From: a virus
Length of the DNA: 64,000 nt
Reading direction: 5' to 3' (one strand)
Virus record (IMG/VR): IMGVR_UViG_3300047160_007578
Location: 1-64,000 of that record
Positions within the stretch are counted from its first letter, which is position 1; each line of letters opens with the position of its first letter. Shown in pieces: positions 10,365-20,067 of the stretch. The notes under the pieces were generated by a model. It saw nothing but the letters and a program-made list of their open reading frames with translations, was not told the DNA's origin and did no database searches. The position numbers were made by a program, and so were the translations under genes.

Positions 10365-10829
10365 TCAACCACTGCGCGGGGCGATGAACCGTTGCTGTTG
10401 AGCGAATTGGCCGGGGAATCCGCCGCCGTAGCCGGACCTGGCGAATCCATTGCCGTTGAACTGTCCACTTCTGGCAAATCCGTTGGAGAAGCCGTTACCG
10501 CCGTAGCCATTGCTGAACTGGCCAGGGAATCCGTTGCTGAACTGTCCCGAGAAGCCATTGCCCATGATGATCCGTTGGCCGTTGCCGCCGTAGAATTGCT
10601 GCTGGAAGCCACCGTTGGAGAACGGCCGAATCTCCGGCTGGAAGCTCTGATTGGCCTGGACAAGAAACGGTCGGAATCGAATCTGCGGGACGAAGAAATA
10701 CGCCGGCACCGGTACATCGATGACCTGTTGGCCACCGGGGAAGAATTGTTGCTGGAAACCGCCGTATTGAGCGGAGGCGGTCAACGGGGCGAGTAACAGA
10801 GCAAACAAAGCAAACATGATCTTTTTCAT
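10365..10829 (-). CDS. Exported Gly/Phe/Gln/Asn-rich low-complexity protein
   Basis: MKKIMFALFALLLAPLTASA|Q signal peptide; GQFSNGF repeats. Confidence 0.7.
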   Translation of the reverse strand: MKKIMFALFALLLAPLTASAQYGGFQQQFFPGGQQVIDVPVPAYFFVPQIRFRPFLVQANQSFQPEIRPFSNGGFQQQFYGGNGQRIIMGNGFSGQFSNGFPGQFSNGYGGNGFSNGFARSGQFNGNGFARSGYGGGFPGQFAQQQRFIAPRSG

Positions 10830-10849
10830 GGGGACACCTGTGAGGTCGG

Positions 10850-11038
10850 TTACTTCTGTGCGGCGATCTGGCGTCGTGCTGCGGGGCGCTGATTGAGGCA
10901 CTGCATCATTTGTGCCTGATTGGGGTTTTCGGGGACGGGAGCACCGGGGGAGATTCGGCCGAGCGTACCACCAGGGCCGATCATGATCTTGTAACCGCCC
11001 TTGGCTTGTCCGTTGCCGTTTTTCTTTTTCCTGGCCAT
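10850..11038 (-). CDS. Small basic hypothetical protein
   Basis: AAGGAG RBS; fits operon packing. Confidence 0.6.
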   Translation of the reverse strand: MARKKKNGNGQAKGGYKIMIGPGGTLGRISPGAPVPENPNQAQMMQCLNQRPAARRQIAAQK

Positions 11039-11060
11039 GATTAGCTCCTTTGATCTTTAA

Positions 11061-11615
11061 TCATTGCTTAGAGATTTCCAGTATTGTCTCAACCAATTTT
11101 TCGCCCATCTTGTCAAGTATTGATTGGTCCGGTACAGCTTCAGAAACGATTTCAACGATCTTTTGGGCTATCAGCATCACCTTGTCCCGGTCGAGCATCA
11201 TACCAAGTTGCGTATCCAATCGGTGACAGGTTTTGATTAGGACCGAGATTTTCATGATCATGTCGGATATCTTGCCGGAGTAACAGAGAAGTTGCTTTCT
11301 GTCACCGGCAGTTTGATTAATAATCTCTTCCAGAGTCATCCTAAGAATGCCGATTTCGCCACGGAGATTTTTGAGTTCATCATGGCTAGCGAACTCTTCG
11401 ACTCGGGCTTGATAAGTATTCAATCGGAACATATCAGAGGCACGTCTTGCAGATGCTGCAGCGCTAGTGCCAGCGTGCCTTGGACAGAATTTGTTTCCTT
11501 CTATAGCTTTGTATGGACACTGTCCCTGAGCACCCATACCTTGGCAACGGTTAGGATCAGTGGCTTCGCACCGTTGCCATTTATCTTCATCGAACATCAT
11601 GACTGTTGTCCTCAT
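11061..11615 (-). CDS. Probable terminase small subunit
   Basis: N-terminal RC..C..FCPRHAG Cys/His motif then helical region; upstream of terL on the same strand. Confidence 0.45.
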   Translation of the reverse strand: MRTTVMMFDEDKWQRCEATDPNRCQGMGAQGQCPYKAIEGNKFCPRHAGTSAAASARRASDMFRLNTYQARVEEFASHDELKNLRGEIGILRMTLEEIINQTAGDRKQLLCYSGKISDMIMKISVLIKTCHRLDTQLGMMLDRDKVMLIAQKIVEIVSEAVPDQSILDKMGEKLVETILEISKQ

Positions 11616-11667
11616 TTTGATTATTTTTGATTAATAATCACTTTTATTAGGCTTGGGCTTCTTTTTT

Positions 11668-12246
11668 TTAGTCGCGGCCGCGGCCTTGCTCGATTTCTTC
11701 GCCTTCGTCTTCCGGGAGCGGCTCGACGAAGTCGTCTTCGTCTTCGGCTTCGACTTTGTCGGTTGGGGGTTCCGGAAAGGGGTCGGGAATCGGCTCCGGT
11801 TTCTTTGCGCCTTCCTCAGGCTCTTCCTCGTAGGATTCGGGCGTGTAGACGTTGACTTCCCTCATCATGTTCACGCCGATACCGGAGGGATTCAGAGCGT
11901 TTGCGCCGGTCATGGCGAAGAATTGGACCCGATCCTCTTGCAGTGGCGAATCGTCATCGCCAAGGTCCACCATTTCCACCATCGTCTTGAACCGATAGGG
12001 CAGGAGTACGTCAAGGACGCTGGTTGACTTCGGTAGAGAGAATAGTGCAGGGGTGGACTCGCCGTCCATCGGCGTGATCCTGACGATCTTCCGGATCGTG
12101 CCCGGTCCGATCGGAGGAAGATCAATGATCACATTCGTTTTCCGGACTGCTTCGGGCGGAGCGTCCTTGCTTTTGGGGTCTCGTTCCGGTGGAACAGACT
12201 TCGATCCGATTTCCTTGTACGTCCCGTCCTTCGCAATGTCGATCAT
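11668..12246 (-). CDS. Acidic hypothetical protein sharing its N-terminal domain with 12299-14026
   Basis: MIDIAKDGTYKEIG...NPSGIG vs MIDITWDGTYKEVG...NPSGIG. Confidence 0.7.
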   Translation of the reverse strand: MIDIAKDGTYKEIGSKSVPPERDPKSKDAPPEAVRKTNVIIDLPPIGPGTIRKIVRITPMDGESTPALFSLPKSTSVLDVLLPYRFKTMVEMVDLGDDDSPLQEDRVQFFAMTGANALNPSGIGVNMMREVNVYTPESYEEEPEEGAKKPEPIPDPFPEPPTDKVEAEDEDDFVEPLPEDEGEEIEQGRGRD

Positions 12247-12298
12247 GACAAGTCCCTTTCTTTGGAAAATGATTTTTAATCACGGTATCGCTGTTGGT

Positions 12299-14026
12299 CT
12301 ATGGTATCGCTGCCCCATCGGCGGTCAAATGTACTATAAAAGAATTACCGTGGTAGCTACCAGACGAGTATCCGCCAGTAGAGCCGCTTATCAACAACGA
12401 GTCGTCAGATAATACGATGATGCTGCCAGTTGCACTGTTGCCAGTGGTACCGTATGGGTCGGGACTCAAACGAGCTTCACCATTGGTACCGAATGATTGG
12501 TCTAGAGAGCCATCGGGGTTGATGCGTAACAACGCAATATCCCAACCAGTACCGGCCTGGCCGGTCCAGGCTTTTGTCAAGACCACGATCTTGCCAGTGC
12601 TTTGAATCACTATACCGTACGGAGCAGTCGCGGATTGACCTGATGGTAATGTCCCAAATACTGCGTAACCACTTGCACCGAATGTCTTGTCTACTGTTCC
12701 GTTTGTATTGTATTGGGCTATCACGCACGTATTCGGAGCACTAGCTGTAGGATTCCAGCCAGCACCGAATCCAGTAAGGATTTTACCGGATTCCAATAAC
12801 GCGAGGGCACCAACGGGTTGATAATAACTATTGGAGGAGAGGTAAGCACCGCTGTATGTTTCAAGAACCTCTCCGCCTTGACCGAATTGTTGATCACCTG
12901 AACCATTGGCTTGAAGTCTGGCCAGAGCCGGTCTGTTTGTACTTGAGCCGGAATCAACACCACCGAATAATAAGATTTTACCATCCGGTTGGACAGTAAT
13001 ACAATAGCAAGATTGATTATTGTTCCCAGGAAAGCTGACACTTGCCATACCGTTAGTGCCGAATGAATTGTCAGGTGAACCGTCGGAATTGTAACGAGCA
13101 ACTGAGAAGGAATATGGATTACCACCACCGGCACCTGCTATTACAGTTTTACCGTCAACGGACTGAATTTCCATGGAATATGGTGCACCACTATCAGCAG
13201 AGGTCCATCTGGTGACTGTTAATCCGTTGGTGCCAAAACTGGTATCGATGGTACCGTCTGAGTTGAGACGACAAATTCCCCAGGGGTAGCCGCCTTCGGA
13301 TGCGTTATCCATGGCCCAACCAGAGAGTAGCATTTGCTGATTGGGTTGATCAATAATCGAAAACATGCCACCATAAGTAGAACCAGGGAAATTGAACTCG
13401 TAATAACCATTGGTACCGAATGATTGATCCAAAGTGCCGTCTGAATTGATCCGAGCTACTGCGAACATGGAATCAGAGTTTTGAGCCACGACCCAGGTCT
13501 TGCCGGACTCGTCTACTACGAGCCCATAGGCAGCATCGTTACCGCCCCAATTCAACAATACGTGACCGTAACCAACAGGCCCACCAAGCTCAGGTGGAAG
13601 ATCGGTTGGCGTGTAAGTATCAGGTGAGAAAACAATGAATTGATTAAAAATCGTAATCCCGATTCCAGATGGATTGTGAGCGAATTCGCCGGTTGACGCG
13701 ATGAATTTAACTTTGTCGTAAGCAACAAGATTATTGTCATGATCATAATGGGCCGATTCTACCATTACAGAGGCGTCATTGTCAACCAAAAGATCGAGAT
13801 ATGTATGGCCCTTGATTAGAGTGAAGATCGCTGGTTGATACGTTTCGTCACAGTCGGTTAATGTAACCGTTACATTTCGATATTGTGTTTCCAATTTGAT
13901 AGAAATTAAATCGACAATTATCCTGGTCTTTGTCATCTGATAATAAATGTTGCCGTCATCAGGTGGTTCCGTTGGCGGATTTTCCCCGACTTCCTTGTAT
14001 GTGCCATCCCAGGTTATATCGATCAT
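12299..14026 (-). CDS. Delta-60-repeat beta-propeller protein, probably virion-associated
   Basis: Six repeats of R.N.DG.LD.SFG.NG and Q.DGKI; start set at ATG 14026 by RBS and paralogy. Confidence 0.8.
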   Translation of the reverse strand: MIDITWDGTYKEVGENPPTEPPDDGNIYYQMTKTRIIVDLISIKLETQYRNVTVTLTDCDETYQPAIFTLIKGHTYLDLLVDNDASVMVESAHYDHDNNLVAYDKVKFIASTGEFAHNPSGIGITIFNQFIVFSPDTYTPTDLPPELGGPVGYGHVLLNWGGNDAAYGLVVDESGKTWVVAQNSDSMFAVARINSDGTLDQSFGTNGYYEFNFPGSTYGGMFSIIDQPNQQMLLSGWAMDNASEGGYPWGICRLNSDGTIDTSFGTNGLTVTRWTSADSGAPYSMEIQSVDGKTVIAGAGGGNPYSFSVARYNSDGSPDNSFGTNGMASVSFPGNNNQSCYCITVQPDGKILLFGGVDSGSSTNRPALARLQANGSGDQQFGQGGEVLETYSGAYLSSNSYYQPVGALALLESGKILTGFGAGWNPTASAPNTCVIAQYNTNGTVDKTFGASGYAVFGTLPSGQSATAPYGIVIQSTGKIVVLTKAWTGQAGTGWDIALLRINPDGSLDQSFGTNGEARLSPDPYGTTGNSATGSIIVLSDDSLLISGSTGGYSSGSYHGNSFIVHLTADGAAIP

Positions 14027-14278
14027 TCGGTTCTCCCGAAAATGATTAATGATCAGATGTTGCCGGCACAAATCTGTGACAGAATTAGTTGGCTGGTCCA
14101 AAATGGATAACCCGATACCTACCTATTTATGCTACGGCAAAAACCGGGAAGAAGTGCCAAAAATTTATTTTGTAACAGATTCGTTCCGCACAACTTTTTG
14201 AGAGGCTTGGATTTTGTTTTGAAAATTTTTGAAAATTGAATTTTGTCAAAGATTAATAATCGATTTTAGGATTCTATA

Positions 14279-14417
14279 GCACCGAGCACCGAGCACCGAG
14301 TATTGAGCACCGAGCACTTGTCTAAACGGTTTTGCGGCTCTAAGAAATTATAAACGGTTTCGTGGCTCTAAGAAATTATAAACGGTTTTGCGCAAATTCG
14401 TGGCTCTAAGAAATTAT
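14279..14417. repeat. Tandem repeats: 7-bp AGCACCG x5-6, then ~28-bp TAAACGGTTTYGYGGCTCTAAGAAATTA x3
   Basis: Read directly from the sequence. Confidence 0.9.
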
Positions 14418-14658
14418 TCCTAGCGCCCCCTCCGATTTTTGGCGGCTCAGAAAAGTTCCCTAGGTAAATGACCCTCCCCCTGGCCGGCTGTACAGTGATC
14501 CTTAGATGACGGCGACAATTGAGACCGGGGTAGTGGCTTATTCCATTTCCTACTTCGCGGGTCTCTTTTATTTCCTACCGTCGCGGGTTCTTATTCTAAT
14601 TCCCACTATCCCGGTGGCAATTGGGCGTCATGCCCAATTGCCACAAACCGGGGAGGTA

Positions 14659-15018
14659 TTACCTCATGGCGAGTTCGGCGTATGCTCCCCGCCCATACTG
14701 CGCCGCCGCTTCGCGCTGTGCGCTGTCATAGTCCGGCGCGTTGACCGCGCCGACCGTGACGCGCCGCTCGTATGTGATGAAAGCGCCCCGACTAAGCGCT
14801 TTCACGTATACGGTATATTCCTTAGCATCGGCCGACGCTTGGATGCGGCTATTTGCCACCTTCGCGGTCCGGATTGTGCGCCGTTCCGGGAAAAGCCCGG
14901 TGACGCTAATTGCCACAATCCCGCTCCCGATTACGGTGAGCGTATCGGGCGCGCCGACCGCCCATCCGATGATGCCGCACACGATACCGGTGATGATGAC
15001 TGCAACGATCTTGAGCAT
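14659..15018 (-). CDS. Small membrane protein (module gene)
   Basis: Two hydrophobic segments; GAGG RBS; promoter TTGACT-16-TACAAT at 15071-15098. Confidence 0.65.
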   Translation of the reverse strand: MLKIVAVIITGIVCGIIGWAVGAPDTLTVIGSGIVAISVTGLFPERRTIRTAKVANSRIQASADAKEYTVYVKALSRGAFITYERRVTVGAVNAPDYDSAQREAAAQYGRGAYAELAMR

Positions 15019-15353
15019 GGTCGATTCCTCTGGCGTTGCGCCCCGCGAATTGCGTAGCGTCAACATATCTATTGTAGCATCGTCCCGGTGAGAGTCAAGC
15101 GATTATTGATCTTTTTTCCAAAAATAATTGTCATCATTTCGAGACGCGCCCCTATTTCCTACTGTGCTAGTTCACATATCAGACCGATTACAGAAACTAG
15201 GCAAATCCCCTGTCATCAAAGTGATGAATTCTCAAAAATGCGAATCGCTCAGGATCGACGATCGACAAGCAAATTGACCCGAGACCCGTCTAAAAACGAT
15301 CGTCGATTCTAGGCCTATCCTGACGCGTTTACGGGCATATCGCGTTTTCAACG

Positions 15354-15378
15354 AAAAAGCCCCGCTTTCGCGGGGCTC
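15354..15378 (-). terminator. Intrinsic terminator
   Basis: GAGCCCCGCGAAAGCGGGGCTTTTT on the minus strand after 15403-15927. Confidence 0.8.
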
Positions 15379-15402
15379 ATTTGTACAGTAGTGGTCAGGC
15401 GC

Positions 15403-15927
15403 TCACCGCTTGCGGTGGAGGATTTCCGCGCCCATGTAGGATAGTGAAAGGATGAACACCGGCAGGAACACGCCGAAGCCAACCGCGGCGCACGTGCCGA
15501 ACGTAGTGGACGCGTGTTCAACAAATGCATGACTGTTCAGTACCATGCTGACCAGTGTACAGGCGCTCACAATGGCCCACGCGATCGCGCGGTTGGTGGA
15601 CGTTTGTGCGCTTAGGTGCGCTTTGCACACTATCATCCCGCAATCGATGATGATGGCAAGAAACCATGCGGCCGCGGCGCTGGCACCTGTAAGCGTGTTC
15701 ACTTCGCCCGCGAGATGCGGCAGGCTCACCGCGAGACCTGCGCCCGATAGGGCGAAGAATGCCGCGGCGCGGATGCGCTCGCCTTGCGTCAAGCGCCGTG
15801 CGCTGTGCGCCTTGCGCGCTTTGCGCGGCTGCGCCTTATCGCTCGCCTTGCGCGCCTTGCGCGTCTCGCGCAGCCACTTGTCAGATTCCCGCTGCGCGCC
15901 ATTGAGAATTGCGTCCACCTGGTTCAT
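15403..15927 (-). CDS. 4-TM membrane protein with basic N-terminus (module gene)
   Basis: Four hydrophobic helices; promoter TTGACT-16-TATGAT at 15988-16015. Confidence 0.7.
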   Translation of the reverse strand: MNQVDAILNGAQRESDKWLRETRKARKASDKAQPRKARKAHSARRLTQGERIRAAAFFALSGAGLAVSLPHLAGEVNTLTGASAAAAWFLAIIIDCGMIVCKAHLSAQTSTNRAIAWAIVSACTLVSMVLNSHAFVEHASTTFGTCAAVGFGVFLPVFILSLSYMGAEILHRKR

Positions 15928-16176
15928 TGTACAGTGCCTTTCGAGTTCGATCCGATGCCGCGACGCGCACGCGTCGCCGACAAGGGAATCATACTTCGCG
16001 GGGCGCGAGAGTCAAATGATTTTGATTAAAAATCCCAAAAAAGCCGGATCGCTGTAATAGCGCCACGGCGCGCCGTGGCGCGAGCGTAGCTCTTGGCTGT
16101 ACATAAGCTACAGCGGAATTTTTTGCGCTGCGCAGAAAGCGAGCCAGCGCTTTTGGCGCTGGCTCGCTTTTGTACA

Positions 16177-16422
16177 CTAGCTGGCGTGGTGAAGGATCGC
16201 GCCGGCGGCTGCAGCCGTCGGATAGTTCGCGGCCGCGCGGCCATCGAACGTCTGCCATCCCGTGATAGTGGCCGATTGTACACGTGCGCGATAGCGTTCG
16301 CTGAACAAAAGCCGATCGGCGCGAAGCGCGGCGACGATAGCATCGGTATCGGTTTCCGACGCGATAGTGTGCTTGCGTACACTGCCATCAACCCGAGTAA
16401 CCTGGATAGTCCAAATGAGCAT
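16177..16422 (-). CDS. Hypothetical module gene
   Basis: 81 aa; RBS; stop abuts the repeat element. Confidence 0.6.
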   Translation of the reverse strand: MLIWTIQVTRVDGSVRKHTIASETDTDAIVAALRADRLLFSERYRARVQSATITGWQTFDGRAAANYPTAAAAGAILHHAS

Positions 16423-16490
16423 TTGTACACTTCCCTTTCAAGTAGAGCGAAGATCGCGCCGCCCACATTAGGCGGCGCTAATCCTCGCGA

Positions 16491-16709
16491 TTAGCTGCCA
16501 ATAACAAACTGCGTTTGTTCGCGCTTCGCTGCCCACTTGGGCGCCCGAAACCAATAGGTCTGCGCCTGAGTAAGCGCCATGCGCTCCGCATTGTGGCGCT
16601 TCTCTTCTTTGGTCGCGCCCGGAACATCGGGACGATACTGAGGAAGCGTATAGGTGTACTTCCGCTTCCCGTTGACCATCACTTCGACGTGAACAAAAAT
16701 GCAGTTCAT
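16491..16709 (-). CDS. Hypothetical module gene, paralog of 20068-20283
   Basis: Shared TLPQYRPDVPGAT.EEKRHNAE...WFRAPK. Confidence 0.8.
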   Translation of the reverse strand: MNCIFVHVEVMVNGKRKYTYTLPQYRPDVPGATKEEKRHNAERMALTQAQTYWFRAPKWAAKREQTQFVIGS

Positions 16710-16925
16710 TTTTCCGCTCCGTTGAAATCCCCGACACAATCCATTATCGCTTGCACCGCGGGGATTGTCAATTGATTTTTGATCTTTTTTTCCGAAAAAG
16801 TCAAATCGCTGTAATAGCGCCAGGACAGCGCTGGCGCGACTCTGCGCGCTTGGCTGTACATAAGCTACAGCAAAATGTTCTGCGCTCGCCAAAAGCGATC
16901 CTGGCGCGTTTGGCGGCCTATCGGC

Positions 16926-17123
16926 CTAGAAATCCAGGTTGACGCGCGCCCATTCGCGCGCCGCGCTCTCGTTGTCAAACGTCCGACGCATCGGACATTG
17001 TTCAAACGTGCCATCGGCGTGCACGTGTACAATTGTCCAATCAACGTGCCAGTGCGGCGCGTTAGTGTACAGACATTCAGGGTAAGCCGGACCGACGACG
17101 ATGTTTTTCACGTGCAGTGACAT
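16926..17123 (-). CDS. Hypothetical module gene
   Basis: AGGAG RBS; upstream TTGACA promoter. Confidence 0.6.
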   Translation of the reverse strand: MSLHVKNIVVGPAYPECLYTNAPHWHVDWTIVHVHADGTFEQCPMRRTFDNESAAREWARVNLDF

Positions 17124-17356
17124 TACATTCACTCCTGACAAAGTGTTGTGAAACGTCCAACCGACACTAATACTTACCATGCGCCGCGGCGCTTGTCAAC
17201 CGAAAAATATTCCGATTCTTCCAGCTGGACGCGCCAACCGATCATTAATCAAATCCGCCTGAATGCCCCGCAATAGTGCCAGGACGCGCCAGAAACGCCG
17301 ATCGGAGCGCCAGGCTACCACTATGGCCAGAACGATTATTAATCGATCCTGGCGCG

Positions 17357-17398
17357 TCCTGGCGCTATTACGGGGCATGCCCCGTAATAGCGCCAGGA
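17357..17398. repeat. Perfect 42-bp palindrome
   Basis: TCCTGGCGCTATTACGGGGCA|TGCCCCGTAATAGCGCCAGGA. Confidence 0.95.
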
Positions 17399-17517
17399 TC
17401 GATCCTGGCGCTAGCGCCCCGGTTTGCTGTAGCTTAGGTACGTTGGAGCGCCCTGCGCTCGCCAGAAACGAAAACAGCCGCTTTCGCGGCTGTGATCGTT
17501 TGGCCAGTATACGGCTG

Positions 17518-17955
17518 TTAACGGGATTCGTCCGCGGCGCACTCGTTGAAAGCGGCGCGCCAACCCGCCTGAAATTCTTCCGAGAATCCCTCTTGATCGG
17601 GAACTTTTTCAGGGTAAGCGGCGCAACCCGCCTGAAAACCGGCGTCCCATTTTTCCTGCGCGATCGTTTCGATGGCCGTTTGTACAGCAACCTCAATGTC
17701 GAGTAGGAAAGAACCGTTTCCGCCAAAGTTCCAACCGTAACGGCTGCGACCGATTGCTTCCAGGATAGCGGCGCCGCATACTTCCCGGATGATCATTTCC
17801 ACCGTAGTCATGGCTGCGCCGAAAACGCCATTGTGCGCCGGATCGGATGATTGCCATGCCCACTTGCCGGTATCGCGAGCGTTCGCGAAATAAAGCAATT
17901 TTGCGAGTGATTCGACGAACGGGCGAACGTCAGCGGGAAAGCGGAAATCGGCCAT
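17518..17955 (-). CDS. Hypothetical module gene
   Basis: GGAG RBS; TTGACT..TATAAC promoter upstream. Confidence 0.65.
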   Translation of the reverse strand: MADFRFPADVRPFVESLAKLLYFANARDTGKWAWQSSDPAHNGVFGAAMTTVEMIIREVCGAAILEAIGRSRYGWNFGGNGSFLLDIEVAVQTAIETIAQEKWDAGFQAGCAAYPEKVPDQEGFSEEFQAGWRAAFNECAADESR

Positions 17956-18201
17956 TGCAGGAACTCCAAAAGGTTTTTCGGACGCGTCCGGGAACTCCCC
18001 GGACAATGAAGTTATACCTTGCGCCACGAGAGAGTCAACCGATTTTGATTAAAAATCCCAAAATAGTTCGGATCGCTGTAAACGCGCCAGGACAGCGCTG
18101 GCGCGACTTTGTTCGTTCCGGTGTAGCTTAGCATCAGCAAAACGGACAGCGCTCGCCAAAAGCGATCCTAGACGATTCTCGTCTAGGATCGCGCCTGTAC
18201 A

Positions 18202-18414
18202 CTATCGCGCCGGATAGCGCGTCGTATACTCGTCGCGCGTCGTGGTGACGGGAACGATTGCAGCGCATTTTGGGCATTGCGTTCGCTCGGGACGGCAGGT
18301 GATTCGCGCCATGGCAACGGTTTTCCCGCACACCGTTTTGACGCGTTGGCGCTTCATTTGCGTGAACGTGCCCAAAAGGTATTGGTACAGCGGAGTTGCG
18401 GATAGGTGAAGCAT
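18202..18414 (-). CDS. Small zinc-ribbon-like module gene
   Basis: CGK, CPKC; GAGG RBS; stop abuts the repeat element. Confidence 0.55.
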   Translation of the reverse strand: MLHLSATPLYQYLLGTFTQMKRQRVKTVCGKTVAMARITCRPERTQCPKCAAIVPVTTTRDEYTTRYPAR

Positions 18415-18490
18415 TGGACAAATCCTCAGTAGTGTACAGAAATCCAGGGAAGAGGCGCGCCGCACAATGCGGCGCGCCAGGGGTTGACGA

Positions 18491-18691
18491 CTAGGCGCGG
18501 ATGACAGGCGGCGCGCCGAATTCGGTTTCCTGCATATCGCAGATATCGATATGCAATTCGCGAACCGCGGCGCGCTTCCCCATATAGCGCACGTTGGTTT
18601 TGAAATCGCGCACCATCGCGCGAACCTGTTGGCGCGAGAGGTTCAACTCCGATTCGCGAACCGCATTCAGGACAAATTCTGCTGCTGCCAT
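18491..18691 (-). CDS. Hypothetical module gene
   Basis: GGAG RBS; promoter upstream. Confidence 0.6.
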   Translation of the reverse strand: MAAAEFVLNAVRESELNLSRQQVRAMVRDFKTNVRYMGKRAAVRELHIDICDMQETEFGAPPVIRA

Positions 18692-18786
18692 TGCATTACT
18701 CCGGAAAAAGGTTTGTGTCGGATTTCTCCCCGACAATGAAACCATAGCATCGGGATTTCGAGAGTCAAGGAAATAAAAAAGATTTT

Positions 18787-18853
18787 TCCGCTCCGCTCCG
18801 CTCCGCTCCGCTCCGCTCCGCTCCGCTCCGCTCCGCTCCGCTCCGCTCCGCTC
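18787..18853. repeat. (CTCCG)n microsatellite, ~13 units
   Basis: Read directly from the sequence. Confidence 0.97.
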
Positions 18854-18961
18854 TGATCATTAATCAGAATGCCCCGTAATAGCGCCAGGATGCGCCAGGA
18901 TTGATTAATAATCACAAAACGGCCGATGATAGCCTGAGGCGCTGCGCGTCGATCCTGGCGC

Positions 18962-19005
18962 ATCCTGGCGCTATTACGGGGCATGCCCCGTAATAGCGCC
19001 AGGAT
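18962..19005. repeat. Perfect 44-bp palindrome (second copy of 17357-17398)
   Basis: ATCCTGGCGCTATTACGGGGCA|TGCCCCGTAATAGCGCCAGGAT. Confidence 0.95.
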
Positions 19006-19113
19006 CGATCCTGGCGCGTCCCGTTGGGTTGGCTGTAGCTAAGCATCAGCAAAATGATCTGCGCTCGTCCTGCGCGATCCTAGCGCTTCCTGCGCTAGGA
19101 TCACATTTGTACA

Positions 19114-19551
19114 CTAGCTGTTGACGTTCAAACTGCGCGCCGCGCGCTTGGCATCTTCGTAATTGTGCCACGATATTTGATCCGTTGGTGGAACGCGCAC
19201 GAGTACGGGAATCCAAGCGTAATCTTCATACGCAAGAATCCAATGCTCGGCGCGCTTATCGCAGCGCGGACAATCTTCACCATTGAAGGGAAGATCGCAG
19301 CGCATGCAATGCGCCGAGTAGCTCGGCGCTTTGGTCGCGGTCGGCGCTTTGGTCGCGGTCGGCGCTTTGGAATTGCGCTTGCCCGGAACATAGTCCACCG
19401 ATAACCGGCGCGAACCGCACGCCGGACATACCTTGCCCGCGGCGCGCCACGTATCGGCACGGTTGATGCGGCATTCTTGACCGCATTCTTCACAGAAACG
19501 GCGACCCGTGCTCTTGACGATATTGTGGCCAGATACGTGATTCTTCGCCAT
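19114..19551 (-). CDS. Double zinc-ribbon module gene
   Basis: CEEC/CPAC and CMRC/CPRC; KAPTAT repeat linker; GGAG RBS. Confidence 0.7.
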   Translation of the reverse strand: MAKNHVSGHNIVKSTGRRFCEECGQECRINRADTWRAAGKVCPACGSRRLSVDYVPGKRNSKAPTATKAPTATKAPSYSAHCMRCDLPFNGEDCPRCDKRAEHWILAYEDYAWIPVLVRVPPTDQISWHNYEDAKRAARSLNVNS

Positions 19552-19787
19552 TGCAGGAACTCCAAAAAAGAGGATTCGTCGCGTCGGATTTCTCCCCGAC
19601 AAGGGAAACATAGTTCGCGGCCGCGGATTGTCAAGGAAAATTCGATTAATAATCAAAATCGCTGTAAACGCACCAGGACAGCGCTGGCGCGACTTTGTTC
19701 GTTCCAACGTAGCTAAGCTACAGCAAAACGGACAGCGCTCGCCCTGCGCGATCCTAGCGCTTCCTGCGCTAGGATCACATCTGTACA

Positions 19788-20063
19788 CTACTCTTCCTCG
19801 GGTAGCGCTTCCTCCAGCGCTTCCACCGTTGCAAGCAACACGCTGAATTGTTCCAACCACGCTTCGCGGTCGCCGTCGAATGCTACTGTACTCTTGTCCA
19901 CCATACGCCGGACGGCGCGCAGCTCACTCGCGAGACCGCGCAGATAATCCGCGCTGTGGATTTGTCCAGTACTGAGCACACTGTACATACTGGACCATTG
20001 TCCATCATGCCAATCTGTACAGAATGCCACCAATTCCGGCGACGCGTCGATAGGAAAAACCAT
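19788..20063 (-). CDS. Hypothetical module gene
   Basis: 91 aa; ASPELVAFC.DW..G block resembles 23921-24247 (ASPEFLAFCQAWNTG). Confidence 0.7.
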   Translation of the reverse strand: MVFPIDASPELVAFCTDWHDGQWSSMYSVLSTGQIHSADYLRGLASELRAVRRMVDKSTVAFDGDREAWLEQFSVLLATVEALEEALPEEE

Positions 20064-20067
20064 TGCA

